Positions 1 through 13,100 of a stretch of DNA of 64,000 nt are shown here, in pieces. Source of the DNA: Phoronis australis (Eukaryota > Animalia > Phoronida); contig NMRA01000912.1 of assembly GCA_002633005.1 (NCBI GenBank), forward strand, positions 4,027 through 68,026, read 5' to 3'. The notes under the pieces are model-generated. The model was not told the origin of the DNA. It saw only the letters and a program-made list of their open reading frames with translations, and did no database searches. Within the stretch, counting starts at the first letter, position 1, and each line of letters starts with the position of its first letter. The translations under genes and the position numbers were made by a program.

Positions 1-1125
1 TCGAGTTGGAAGGAATTAAACACATCGACAACCTCCTAAGGTGTTCCTCTATGCGCAAAAGGTATTTATAACAACGTGACTTTGATGGTTTAGTCGGTGC
101 GAGGCATAATTCGTCGAAAAGCTTCCGGCGTACAGAGCGCCTATAGCCTCTGCATCGCCTCTGCTTCGGGCCAACAGAGGCGATGGTCATTGCCTAGGGT
201 TATCGTCCGTATAACTATCGTACAACTGTTTTTTCTAATTTTATAGAGGCAAAAGGTTCACAGCGGATAATTTGTTTAGCACTATTCTTGGCACTGATAC
301 CGTTTTGAGTTTTTACACGTAGCAGCAACATACCAAACTAACACAACAACAAATCTCGCTTACCTCAACAGGTTGCGTCCGTTTATACCCGACCGCTCTT
401 TTGCAGTTTGCGGGCTTCCTGTTTCGTGGCTGTAGCTCAACTGCTCGTATTTTTTCTCTTTTGTAATTAAAACAATTATACAGAACGGTATATCTTAAGA
501 CTTCGTAATATATGCACTTTTTATTGTTTTATGTAACACAGTTTAAGCATAAGGTATGAAAGAACAGGTATTCAATTCTTATGACCGTGGCGTTAGATTT
601 AAGCAAAACATGTCGGGGCAAGTGGCGCGTATTTGAAATTATTCTGTAGTATTTTGCTGGTCTTTCCAAAAAATTATCCAGAATATTTTGTCTCAAGATC
701 GTCGGAACCCAGCTTCCCATTGAATACCACAAGCAAGAAGGAATTAGGAAGAAGTGTTGTTTGATCGCAACCATAGCTGAAGTCCTTGGGACACTACTCA
801 CTAGCAAGGTTGGCTGCTCGAAAGTCGATTAGGGCGGATTAGGCCTACCTAATCTGGGCTTACGTCATCTTGCGTGCGTTTTACTTTACGTGCGAGCCAC
901 CACCCCCCTCCAATCACTTGCAGCATTTCCTACTAATTCTCTTCCCCCAATCATTATTGTTTGTGCCATCCCTCATTTGCAACCGTCATCTATCAATCTA
1001 GGAACATGGGGATGTTGCCCCTGGTGACAAAAATCCTAAACTTTCATCATTTTTTGTGTGCAGTTATTAATCAAAATCTTTGTCATTTTCAGCTAGGCGG
1101 TGATAAATATTGAGAGCCTTCCAAG

Positions 1126-1177
1126 ATGCCGGCTGGAACCAAGCGGAGGTCATCAGTGTCTGGGGCAGAAACATCAA
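1126..1177 (+). CDS. FANCD2: FANCD2 coding exon 1
   Basis: [17 protein letters not shown]; acceptor ttttcag ends 1092, donor gtgagg; phase 1 fits exon 2. Weakly conserved, so the least certain exon. Confidence 0.7.
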
Positions 1178-4100
1178 GTGAGGGTAGAGAAACAACTCAG
1201 TGTCCGGACCCAAAAATATTCTCTTCAATGAGTTCCCAGTTATGCTGTTGGTTCGGAGTGCTGCACTTTATTGTCAGTTGTCGTGTTTTTTCCTAGTTGA
1301 AATTTTGGATTTCGCAGTCTGTTGTCTCATTGTGATAATTGCATCTGCTCATAGATTTTGAGAAGGGGTTGGCATCACAGTTCATGTGTGTAAAATTATC
1401 TACTTCATTGAGTCACTGCTACATTTTTATGCGCCCACATATTTATATGTGGCCGCATTATGCTGTCATCTCCGTCTGTCTGTCCGTCCGTCCGTCCGGC
1501 GTCCACTGCTCTATCTCCAAAACCCTTTGACATACGTTCATGAAATTTGGCACATGTATTCCATTCATGAATGGGACGGCATGAGCGAACTTTTGGACAG
1601 ATCCGACTACCGGTGTGCCCCCTAGTGGCAATTTTAGTTTTATACGTTTACCTTTGTATCTTCAAAAGTCCTGAACGGATTCTCATGAAATTCAATATGT
1701 AGGCATCTATTAGTGAGGTGACGCTATCCTCCTGTTTTCGGATGGATTCGATGTAGTTTGCGCCACCTAGTGGCCATTTTTACTGTTATTGGTTCTGTTT
1801 TTTGCGTCCACTCCTCTATCAACCAAACCGCTCAAAGGATGATTGGGAAAATTGGCATGTATGTGCTTACTATGAAGAGAACGGTTGACGATGATTTTCC
1901 GACGATTTCGACTACTGTGGCTCCTTGTGGCAGTTTTGTTTTTGTTGCGCCTATGGCTGTATCTCCTAAACCGTTTGCAGGATCTTTACTTAATTTAGCA
2001 AATGTATTTATATGATGTTGACTACGAATGACGACTTTCGGACAGAGCTGACTACTGCTGTGCCCCCTAGTGGCAATTTTAGTTTTTTACGTTTAACTCA
2101 GTATCTTCCAAGGTCCTCAACAGATTTTCATAAAATTTTAAATATAGGCATCTATTGGTGTGATGGCACTATCTTCCTGTTTTTGGATGGAATCGAGGTA
2201 TTTTGCACCACCTATTGGCCATTTTTGCTGTTTTAAAATCTTGTTTTTGGTGTCCACCCCTGTATCAACCAAATCATTTGAAAATAGGCATATATGTTCT
2301 CAGTGTGAAGACAACCGTTGATGGTGGTGACTGACTACTGTGGTGCCTGCTAGTGGTAGTTTTGTTTTGCGCCCATAGTTGTATCTCCTAAACCCACTGC
2401 AGGATCTTTACTAAATTTAGTAAGTGAATTTATATGAAGATAACAACAGACGACGAAGACTTTCAGGCGGATCCAACGGACACTGTGCCCACTAGTGGCA
2501 ATTTCATTTTATTCTGTTTAGTGGCAATTTCATTTTATTCTGTTTTCCTTTGTTTGTCTGAAGTTCCTTGACAGATTTTTATGAAATATGGCATGTTCCT
2601 GTTTTTGGATGGATTGTATGTTTTTGTGCCATCTAGTGGCCATTTTTATGATACAAATAAATAACCCTAAAAGCATACCATTTGCAATGCATTCGTGGGC
2701 GCATTTCAACACTCTGCGTTGCTCTTGTTTAAGTTTCTCAAACCACCACAGAATTTTGTTCTCTTGTTGTTTATCAATTCTCTACCCTAGACGCCGCCAA
2801 ACCAATTCTGCCCCCTGCTAATTGTCTGATCCCAAGTTTCGTTCATGTTCATGAATTCTTCACAGTTTATAACAGGTTAAAAATATGAAATCTCATTCCC
2901 AATGACCTTCAAATCATAGTTCTTGGGTACAAAAAATGTCAGTTCAACGTTCATGAATGGCAAAGTCAGCAATAATTCTGTTTTACAGCTCGTATTGACC
3001 CTCCTAATTTTATATTCAGTCGAGTGTTTTGTTACCCGAATTGGTGATGTATTGTGTTTATTTTTGGGTCCTGTTACTTTGTTCTCCTCCCTGCTCTGAG
3101 CAAAGTGTTGTGAGCATGCTTGATTTCAGAATTTTTCGAGTTGGTTTGAATTTGTTTTTCATACTTTGCATTTTTCTTCTTGATCTTGAAACACGATATC
3201 TTTCATTGTCATTGTAAATCTCTGATTCATTCAGAAATTTATCAACCTTTTCTGTACCAATTGTAACTAATATCAATACTAGGGGAAATTGAAATATTGA
3301 TTTGCATAATGCGTTATTCATATTAGTCGTATAGTGCATTACCTTAACACCCATGCCTTACTTTAATTCAATCTTTTCAATTCAGTCTGACCTTTGTCAT
3401 TATTTTTGGTTATCCTTTGTAATTATAATGACAATAATAATTAATTTTCTTTTTGTGTGCTTGATGTATGCTTGACATAAGCCTAGAATTTTATTTTTTC
3501 ATATGATCTAGTTCTAAAGTGGTAATTTTCTACTTTTTAGGCAAAAAGTCCATGCAAAGTGAACAATATATTTCACTGTTTGGAAGATTGACGAAGGAGG
3601 CAGGGCTTATCTTGTCGGTCAAGGATGTCCCTCACGAACTAAGTATGGCCACTACTTGCTTGGTTTCAAAACAGTACACGTCAAAAGTAATCCAACAAAA
3701 TTTCATTTCTGTCATGACAATTTATTCTAACTAGCCAAAGGAGAATCAACAATTGGCCGGACTTCAAATCCAGCTGTCTGGACTGCAAAACCCAATGGCC
3801 GGTGTTCTAAATTGGTGGTCAGACCTCAAAACCAGATGGCCTCACCCAAAAATTGGTTGGCCGGACCTTAAATGAGTTGGCTGGTGCTGAAGCACTATGG
3901 CTGAACAAGTCTCCAATTTTGAACAAAACAAACGGGTACAAAAATAAACTCAAGATGTCACTTGAAACTTCAGGACATTCAAACTGAGTCTCTGAGAAAG
4001 TCCGGTTTTGTGTTTGATCACCAACCAACTGGTTATAGCACCGGCCATCGTTTTTTTGGTTCAGCCAACTAGTTTTTTTTAGGTGAAGCCATTGCATTTT

Positions 4101-7100
4101 GAAGTCCGACCAATTGTTGATTTTCCCTTGTTGACTGTCCTGACATGAATTCTGTGTTCACTCATGGCAGGGAATCCCGGGTCATATTGTCTGAAAATTT
4201 TTGGCATGCACTGTATTCAGAAAATGTTCAAGACCCATCAACTGCATATACAACGACTATACAAAAATACTGCAACTATATTTCCTTTGTTTCACTGGAA
4301 ATTACCAGCAGCTTTACTACCATTTCTCTATAAAGGTTGTGTAACATAATGTTGACTAGACTGTGCGTTTAGCCAGAATACGGCAATTAACCCTGTAAAA
4401 TGTTTTCTGACAGTGGAAGATCTGCAGGTTTTCATTTTTATCTTCATACCAACCTGTCATTTATTGAATCATGTGACCATGTCATTTATTGAATCATATG
4501 ACCATGTCATTTATTGAATCATGTGACCATGTCATTTATTGAATCATATGACCATGTCATTTATTGAATCATGTGACCATGTTTATATAAATTTTCTGTA
4601 AAAATAATGATTTATAGCAAAACATTGGTATTACTAAAATGACCAAATTTGATTTGATATACATGTTCAAGAGGAAATCTCAAAAGTGCTGTTACGGTTT
4701 TCTAAAATATTTCGTTTTCGTTTGATGGCACTTCTGAGTTTTTTCATCAAAATCATAAAAGTCCTATTTTTATAGCTCTTCATGCAAAAGTGGAACATTT
4801 TAAAAATAAATCCAAGCAGCATTTTGGAGAACAGTGCATTTTACGTCATATCAGTTCTGAAAGTTTTCTTTTGAATCCGACCAGCCATTTCTTAGCTATG
4901 ATGTTCCAAGTTATTAAATTTGGACATTTTCTAGTGTCCTGCATAACCTTAATAGTATTTCAACAGATTTCTCGAAGTTACATTATTAACTATATTTAAG
5001 ATCAGCACCAAGATAGATTTGAACTCACAACCTCAACAATTGCTGTCCAACTTTTTGCTAGTAGAGCTAAAAGCCAAACAGGGAACTTGTCGAGTATTTT
5101 AAGAGTCAGTATAATAACTGATAAGGTCACTGTTCTCATTTTATACATCTGCCAAATGACTGGTTGCTTTCAAGAACTGGTGACTGATAATAAAATGACA
5201 AAAACACTAGTAGAGGTTTTGCTGTTTTGTAGATCTGGTCAAAGCAACTTCAGTCCTAAAACCGAGTGTCCCTTAAACGGATGCCAATGCAATGGTTCCC
5301 TTTTTTATGCTGTCAGGCCACAAAAGTTATTGTTGTTCCAATGATGACAAAATTACAAGTCTAAAAATCTTTTCAAGGTGTTGACCAGACGGCATTTCAG
5401 AGATCATTGCTGTTGTCTATCAAGAAGGCTGGGGATACACAAAAGGTTTGGCATTTTTTGCCATCTCTTTGTTCTCATCCTATGTTGTGATTTTGTATAG
5501 TTTGTTATAGAGTTTTAAAAATTTGCCATGGACAATCCTTTTGGCCAAAAATCATCTCTTGCTTTAGATCAGTTGCACTTGAAAAAATGGGTTCAACTTT
5601 CTCAGTTTAGATTGTTATGTTGGCTGTTCGTTAGTGCTCGACACAAGACTTGTGGGCAGCGAGCCTGGCTCTAGCAGTAATATACTCTTAGTTCTTTTGA
5701 ANGTGACTGATAATAAAATGACAAAAACACTAGTAGAGGTTTTGCTGTTTTGTAGATCTGGTCAAAGCAACTTCAGTCCTAAAACCGAGTGTTCCTTAAA
5801 CGGATGCCAATGCAATGGTTCCCTTTTTTTATGCTGTCAGGCCACAAAAGTTATTGTTGTTCCAATGATGACAAAATTACAAATCTTAAAATCTTTTCAA
5901 GGTGTTGACCAGACGGCATTTCAGAGATCATTGCTGTTGTCTATCAAGAAGGCTGGGGATACACAAAAGGTTTGGCATTTTTTGCCATCTCTTTGTTCTC
6001 ATCCTATGTTGTGATTTTGTATAGTTTGTTATAGAGTTTTAAAAATTTGCCATGGACAATCCTTTTGGCCAAAAATCATCTCTTGCTTTAGATCAGTTGC
6101 ACTTGAAAAAATGGGTTCAACTTTCTCAGTTTAGATTGTTATGTTGGCTGTTCGTTAGTGCTCGACACAAGACTTGTGGGCAGCGAGCCTGGCTCTAGCA
6201 GTAATATACTCTTAGTTCTTTTGAAGCCTGGATATCACTCCTCATTGGAGTAAACACAAGTTGAAATCAGGGTTCTGTTTCACGAAGCCTTGAGACAGAA
6301 ATTTTGTCTGACTCTCTCACTTCATAATTGTTGAATGAAGGTTTAGCCAAGTAACTTTGAGCGTACGACAGCCTAATAATAATTCGTAGAAGGTAACTCA
6401 GTAACTGGCATTTATGTGCGTATTCTCAGAAACTGCATTTTTGGCCTTAATAGTAAGATTTGATTATTATTTTTCAAGAGTACTTGTGTTGAGTGTGAGT
6501 CCCAATTTTTTACCCCAAGTTTGTAACAGTATGGTGTCTAAGTCCAAATAAAAATTTTTTTGCGAAGTCAGATTCCGAGTGACTCTGCTTAGTTTCGTGC
6601 CAGAGGAGATATGAACTTTACTTTCCTGCAATAACTGAATTGTGTTTTGATGACTCAGCTCTAACTTCATAAGGAGCAATTTTTTATGAATTCAAAACAG
6701 TTACTGAATGGAAGTTAGTGACCCATCAATTTCGTGTGGCTTCTCTCCACCTGAGCATTACATTTTCTCTTGCATATTCATGTCTGTTAAATCAGATTAA
6801 TTTTCCACTTGCCCTCTTGTAGACAGAATTTGTTCACGATTACTGAATCGCTCAAGCTCTCTGTTTCTGTGACGGTCGTTTGCAGCGCAACAATAAAGCA
6901 GACGGTCATGAGGCTAATAAAAAAATAATGGTTATTGTATTTCTCAGATAGTCGATGAATACATGGATGGATTTAGTATTTACATCGAGGATCCGTTGAT
7001 GCTTTACTGGAGCATGATGCCTACAATAACCTCATCAGGCTGTGATAGGTCAGTACAACGGTCTAGCTATAGTGGAGTACACTGCCTACTGTAACCTCAT

Positions 7101-10100
7101 CAGGCTGCGATAGGTCAGTGCAACACTTAAGTTGTAGTGGAGTACAATGACTATTCTCAACAGGCTCTCATAGATCAGTACAGTCTGATTAGACTATACA
7201 ATCAAAAATACAAGTTGATGTGAAAAAAGTATAAATCTGGAAACTTGTGCAATACGTCACATGGGATATTCTCCCAATATTTCAGAACTGGTTGGTTGCT
7301 TCTGCCGGGGGATTCAACCTGTCTTATTCATGTTACGAAGGGTCTATTTCAGGAAAAATTACTTGCGCTCTCATATCGCAATTACAATCTTGCCATTTTG
7401 TAGTGCCAGGAGTGGTAGTCAAGACAGTCTTCTCCGACTTCTGCTCGGGATAGACTGTCTGCAGTTGCCTCTGTCCTCGCTTGTATTGGAGAAGATAGCT
7501 GAACTTGACACATCAGAAGTGTAAGTGTAGCTGTTGTGTATATAGGATTTGGTATACTCTTGGAAAATAGATAAAATTTGAGTCTAATACTGGAGTAAAA
7601 ACTTACAAAAATTATCTCACAAACTTCAGCTTGGCTTGTGATGTTACCATTATTCTGGCCAATAGGTGGCGTTTTGACCAGATGGCGCAGAATTGATGTC
7701 GGAACACCATCCCATATGTGGGATAAATCAAATCTTAAACTACTTTGTTTATTTAAAGAGGGACTCTCAATGTGCTCGTGGAGAGCTTCCTTTACACCCC
7801 TTCTGAACCAGTCTTCCTCACAGTCTAGGATAGTGACGTCATCGGTATTGAAATCATGTCCAGTGGTATACACGTGGCTAAAAATAGCCAAATCATAAGT
7901 GTCCCCGTAACTAGGAAGGCCAGATGTTGTGACATACACATTTTTATGGACTGTTTCATTTCACCAATGTAAGTGTCTGAGCACTGGGGATCCTTACACT
8001 GAACACCATAGACAACACATGATTTATTATCCTTGGGGGTCTTGTCCTTGACATTAACCAGTTGGCTGCGGAGAGAATTAAATGGTTTATGGGTGATAGA
8101 AATGTCAAAGTGTTTGAATCTCTGGCCAGAAAGACCCTTGACATAGGGATTCACCACAGGAGTAGGAGAACTCACAGTGGTGGTTGTCGGAGTGTTTACA
8201 AGACCCCCACCTGTGCACCACTGAACATGATTTCAGTACTGATGATGTCGCTATCCCAGACTGTGAGGAAGACTGGTTCAGAAGGGGTGTAAAGGAAGCT
8301 CTCCATGAGCGCATTGATAGTCCCTGCTTAAATAAACGAGGTGGTTTAGGATTCAATTTGTCACGTATGGGATGGTGTTCTGGCGTAATTGCTGCGCTTT
8401 CTGGTCAAAACTCTACCCATTGGCCAGAACAATGATAACGTCACAAGCCAAACTGAACTCCGTGAGATACGGACGCAACGTCGTTAATTTTTGTAAGTTT
8501 TTATTCCAGAGTTAGACTCAAATTTTATCTGTTTTCTCAAGTGGATGTTTCAAAATTTTCGTGCTTTTACCTTGGAAAAGTAGTGCAATACCGATACCAC
8601 AGGTGGCAGTGTGGCCTACTGGGATAAGTGTTCTTTACTCATTGTCAGTGGTGGGTTGGAGTCCCACTGGGACACACTGCTAGACTGTTGAGTCAGGTCT
8701 CTAGCTTCTCAGCTCAGTTTTAACTGTATATCGATAAAGCGTAAAAATGATTCCATTTGATCAGTGCAATGGGCTCACTTGAGCAGCCTGCAATGTTTTT
8801 TATCTCAGATACCTGCGATAGGCCAGTAGTCAATATTAGAGAATGGATTTCTTATGACATGGTGACATTCTGTGACATTACTGGCGTGCCGTAAATTCTG
8901 TGACATTTTGAGAATTGTGTGACAAAATGTGAGAAATATGCTGAGCCGAGTAGGCTGTTAGCATTTTGTTGTTGTGTTTGCGGTTATTTTATGCTGCACC
9001 AAGTTCTGGGAAAGGCAAAGTTGATCGACAATTGAGACTTCCCTGTGACATTTTGAATATTTAAGACATGATGAATTGTAACTCGCCATTAAACATAAAT
9101 CGATTCTTTGCAATACTAAAGTGATGTCTAGAGAAGTACTCTAGTGGCACAATTAGCGTAGCTGAAGACATATACATACCGATTTGCTGCTAGGAAAAAG
9201 GTCTCAAAACTGATCTGGGATGCACTCATGCAATTATTTACTCACGATGTTGGGTTTTAAAGTCGTTATTGTGACTTCCTGCTATTTCCTTTAGTCAGAA
9301 AGGTACAAAAGCATAAAAGATTTTGATAAAATAAAGTCAAAATTTACAACAGATTCTGCTATTTCTCATCAGGATCATACCAGGTCACCCAGACAGAGTC
9401 AACCTGCCGCGTCTGATTCTGAACCAGTTGCGTTGGCTTGACCATATCGTTGACAGTCGTGGACTCGCCTCCAAGATGTTGGAGATTGCTGGCTTGTCAC
9501 CTCTGGATGTCCAGAGAGAGATCGTTGCCTGCCTCCCTGAGGTGGTCGATGATGGCGATCACCAGTTTGTCTCTCAGGAACTCAGGTCTATCAGCATTAA
9601 TAGTAGTATTGTAATATGTGCACTCCTGGACTTTTCGCTAGTTTTTCTATGTCTTGGTAACACAATACAAATAGCACACATTGGGTAAAATTACGCTGAG
9701 TCTGCATCGTATTACGCTAATTTCATGTACAATGTTTTCTTTAATTGGTAATTAGCAAGATAGTGCTTGAAGGTTTTTCCGTCTTGGGGCAGAAATATCT
9801 GTAATAAGTGGATTAAACTCTGTCCAAACTTACTTTCAAAGACAGAATCTCGTCATTTATCTGTCTTGTAGTATCATTTACTGGTTTGGAGCTATATGAA
9901 AAAATGGCGATTTTGGTAAAAATCTTGCATATGAATATGTCTTGTGAGTTTGATTCTGATGTCAAATTGCTTCAAAGCCAATATCAAGATGTGGTAAACT
10001 TTCTGTAATGGGTTCACGTTCCTAAATTTTTTATCTTCATCCTCATAAAGTATAGGCAAGCTGACTTTGCTGAGCTCAAGACCAATAGGTCTAGGGTTGT

Positions 10101-13100
10101 TTGTAAGCGAAAGTTGATTTACGTATTCACACATTTAATAAAATATTTTAATGTTACTAAATGTATTTCATGTTGGGGTTCTCCTTTCTTGATTGCTTCT
10201 CTCCTAGACTCATTCTTTTTCTCTTATTTTGCAGAGACCTGTTATCCCACAATACCCAACTGACCGTGGTGGTGCTGGATGCACTCTCAAACCTCTGTCT
10301 GAAGCCAGAACTGTTGACGGAGGTGAAGTGTCAAACCATTCTTTGATACTAGTTCTGTTGTGCTTTTACTGTATATGTAGTTCAGGCTAGTATTTGAGAG
10401 TAATTTATCAGCTCCGATGCATTTTTTCTTATGGATTGTTATTGACCAGGACTTGTAGCTTTCAGTGGAGTGGATAAGCTCAGCGAGGTAGCTCAAAATT
10501 CACTAGGTGGCGTTAGTGAGACGATGGTCCTGCCTGTAATGTATGGTAGGTAATCACACAAGACTCTTATCCCACAAATAGGATTGCATCATTTTAAAAT
10601 TGAATAACCGTTGATACGATCTACATCTGTCAATATTTTGTGATGATATGGCATTTTTAAATATCCAAATTGGTGGCTATGGAAATAAATACATGCTGAA
10701 TAGATTTTTGTGTTTAGGTATATGGGTTATTTGCTTAATTGCGTTGTTCGTTTAAAATTTCTGAAGTTCTTAAATATACTTCATGAAACCAGCTATGTCT
10801 GGGGTTGAGAAAATCATAGCTTTTTCTGTCAGTATTAAATGAGCATTTTTGACTACAGACTATCGATTCGTACTTGAGAGCCTGATGTCATTCCCACTTA
10901 TGAACACTCTCATGTTGGTGATTGAACAAGTTTCTTCCATCTAATCAGACAGAATAGGACTCGGTTTTCATTATAAACCTTCTGTGAATATTGTGTCTAC
11001 CAGTGGTGTAGTTATTTTCAGCAAATAGTACAACAACAGTGATATTCCTGGCCAGGTTTGTCCCTGTGCCCTTTGAGCAGCGCACCTGATGATAAAAACT
11101 TATGCCAAGCAGACTGTGTAATTAAAGTGGTGTCACGTTTTTCCCTGTGTGTGGGTGGGCGCAGGTTGTTACAGATGGGTGCTAATAGCTTTCGGTGCGA
11201 CAATTGACTGAAAACTGGTTCGAGTTAATCCTTTATTAATCCCGACCGTACGTTCACAAACCTACTCAAACAAAACATCAGACGTAATGTCTGTTTATGC
11301 TCCAGCCAGTGCTGCGAAGCCTTGACTTGTGATGAACTTCTGAGACATGTTCAGCAACTGTTACACTCGTCGATTCAATAACCTGCTGTCTCTATAGCTG
11401 GCTCTCTATTGACTATCGCTGTAACTGCTGATTCTCTTGACTGCAACTCAACTGTAATTCTGATTAACTTTCTTGAACTGACTTGATCTGACTAACACAA
11501 ACCCGTGCTTGTGTATTTATAACCTAATGCATTGTTCTGGAACTTTTCATCTATCCAAGCACATTCTAGAACTTTCCTGAATCTACCCAACCATTCTACA
11601 AACGTGTTCTAGTCTCTAGAATATTCCAGACTACATTAATCACTGTCATGCTAGAGTCTTCTAGAAAGTTCCTCACTATACTGTAGTAAACAAATAACAT
11701 CATCATTGTACTGACCTCAGTCTTCTAGAAATTCCATAGTATTCTGTAGTAGACAAATTACATCATCATTGTACTTAACTCAGGGGTCATGCCAATCAAA
11801 CAATTACAAAACAAAACTATACAACTAAAAATACTGTCGGACTATATTCTGACAATATGAAACAGAAACACCAAGGCAATCGAAATTTGAACAGAATCGT
11901 GCATGTTAAAGTTACTCTTTCACTGAAAAATTACGTACAAAAAGGCAATCGGACAGACTGTGCAGGTGTGGTGGAGTAAGAACACACTGGCTGCAAGTTG
12001 ACTAGAATCTTGCATTTTTTGNAAAGGCACGGTTCAGGACTATCCTTGGACAATGAATTTCAAAGTCTTATCTCTGACCTTTGACTCCTCTTTTTTGTTT
12101 CAGGTGAGAGCCTCAGTCATGCAGTCCCTTGCCTCCTTTGATGTAGAAGATCTACCAGTTGTTGTCAAGTTCCTACTGCAGACTGCCTCAACTAATGATT
12201 ATTTTGAAGTTAGTTTTTGTCTTTTTGTCTGACGGTCTGTCCTTTTGTATATCCGAGTCTGACATTTTCTCCAGTCCCTAAGGTACCCCTATTACGGGAT
12301 ATTTGGAAAATTTTAATGAAAAAGCTCCGTAGCTTATGCTTAGTTGGTGAGGATGGGGTGTGAAAGCTCGAGTTCAAATAAAACTGTTGGGTTGACGTTA
12401 TGTTTCAAGGTTGCAGATGACTCAAAGTACCTCCCTGAGATTATTATTCATTTCCTGAACAGGGAATGAGAATTGTACGATTCAATGCTTGCATGAAAGA
12501 CTGTTGAATTTTCTTCTAATTTAGTCTCCAAAGTTGGAGTGGTTCTTCTGGTAAAGTCCTTGAATTTAATTTTGTCGTGGCAAAGTTTATTTAGATTAGA
12601 GTGAAAAGTCATGAAATTTTTAATTTTTGTCCCCGAGTATTCAATTCATGTTTAAAAGTTAGAAAATACCGTTTACATCTTAGATTGGCTCTTTTGACGA
12701 AAGCCAAACTTCACAGAATTTTTTAACAAAGTCTGCTATCATAATGTTGACATCGGACAAACTACAAGCTGTCCAGCAATGCATTTCGATTCGGGGGCAC
12801 AGTAATTGAATTTCTCTGGGAAACCATGCAAAAACTGAGGAATAATCGTGAAATTTATTTATCAAAATCCAACTTTGCTAGTATGTTTGATATTTTTCAT
12901 GTCACTGCAGGTGGTACAGGAGTTGCGCAGCAGGCTGGAGTTTCACCATATTAGCTTGCCTCCCATCTCATCTTCCACGCCCTCTGGTGCCAAGAAGTCT
13001 AAAGGCGGGTATGTACCAGAGGTGTCCATAAGGCTTTAGTAAAGTTGGTATACAACAGTGTTGTGTGTGTGTTAAACATTTACAGGTTACGTACAGACAT

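Noticed and set aside
1339-2821. Short ORFs in the ORF track here and at 58240-59864
   Set aside because: They are translations of the HINE-like repeat, interrupted differently in each copy.
4455-4582. CRISPR-like direct repeats
   Set aside because: Head-to-tail 25-bp minisatellite without spacers.
8600-8700. tRNA gene
   Set aside because: Only degenerate A/B-box-like sequence with no cloverleaf; more likely a SINE head remnant.
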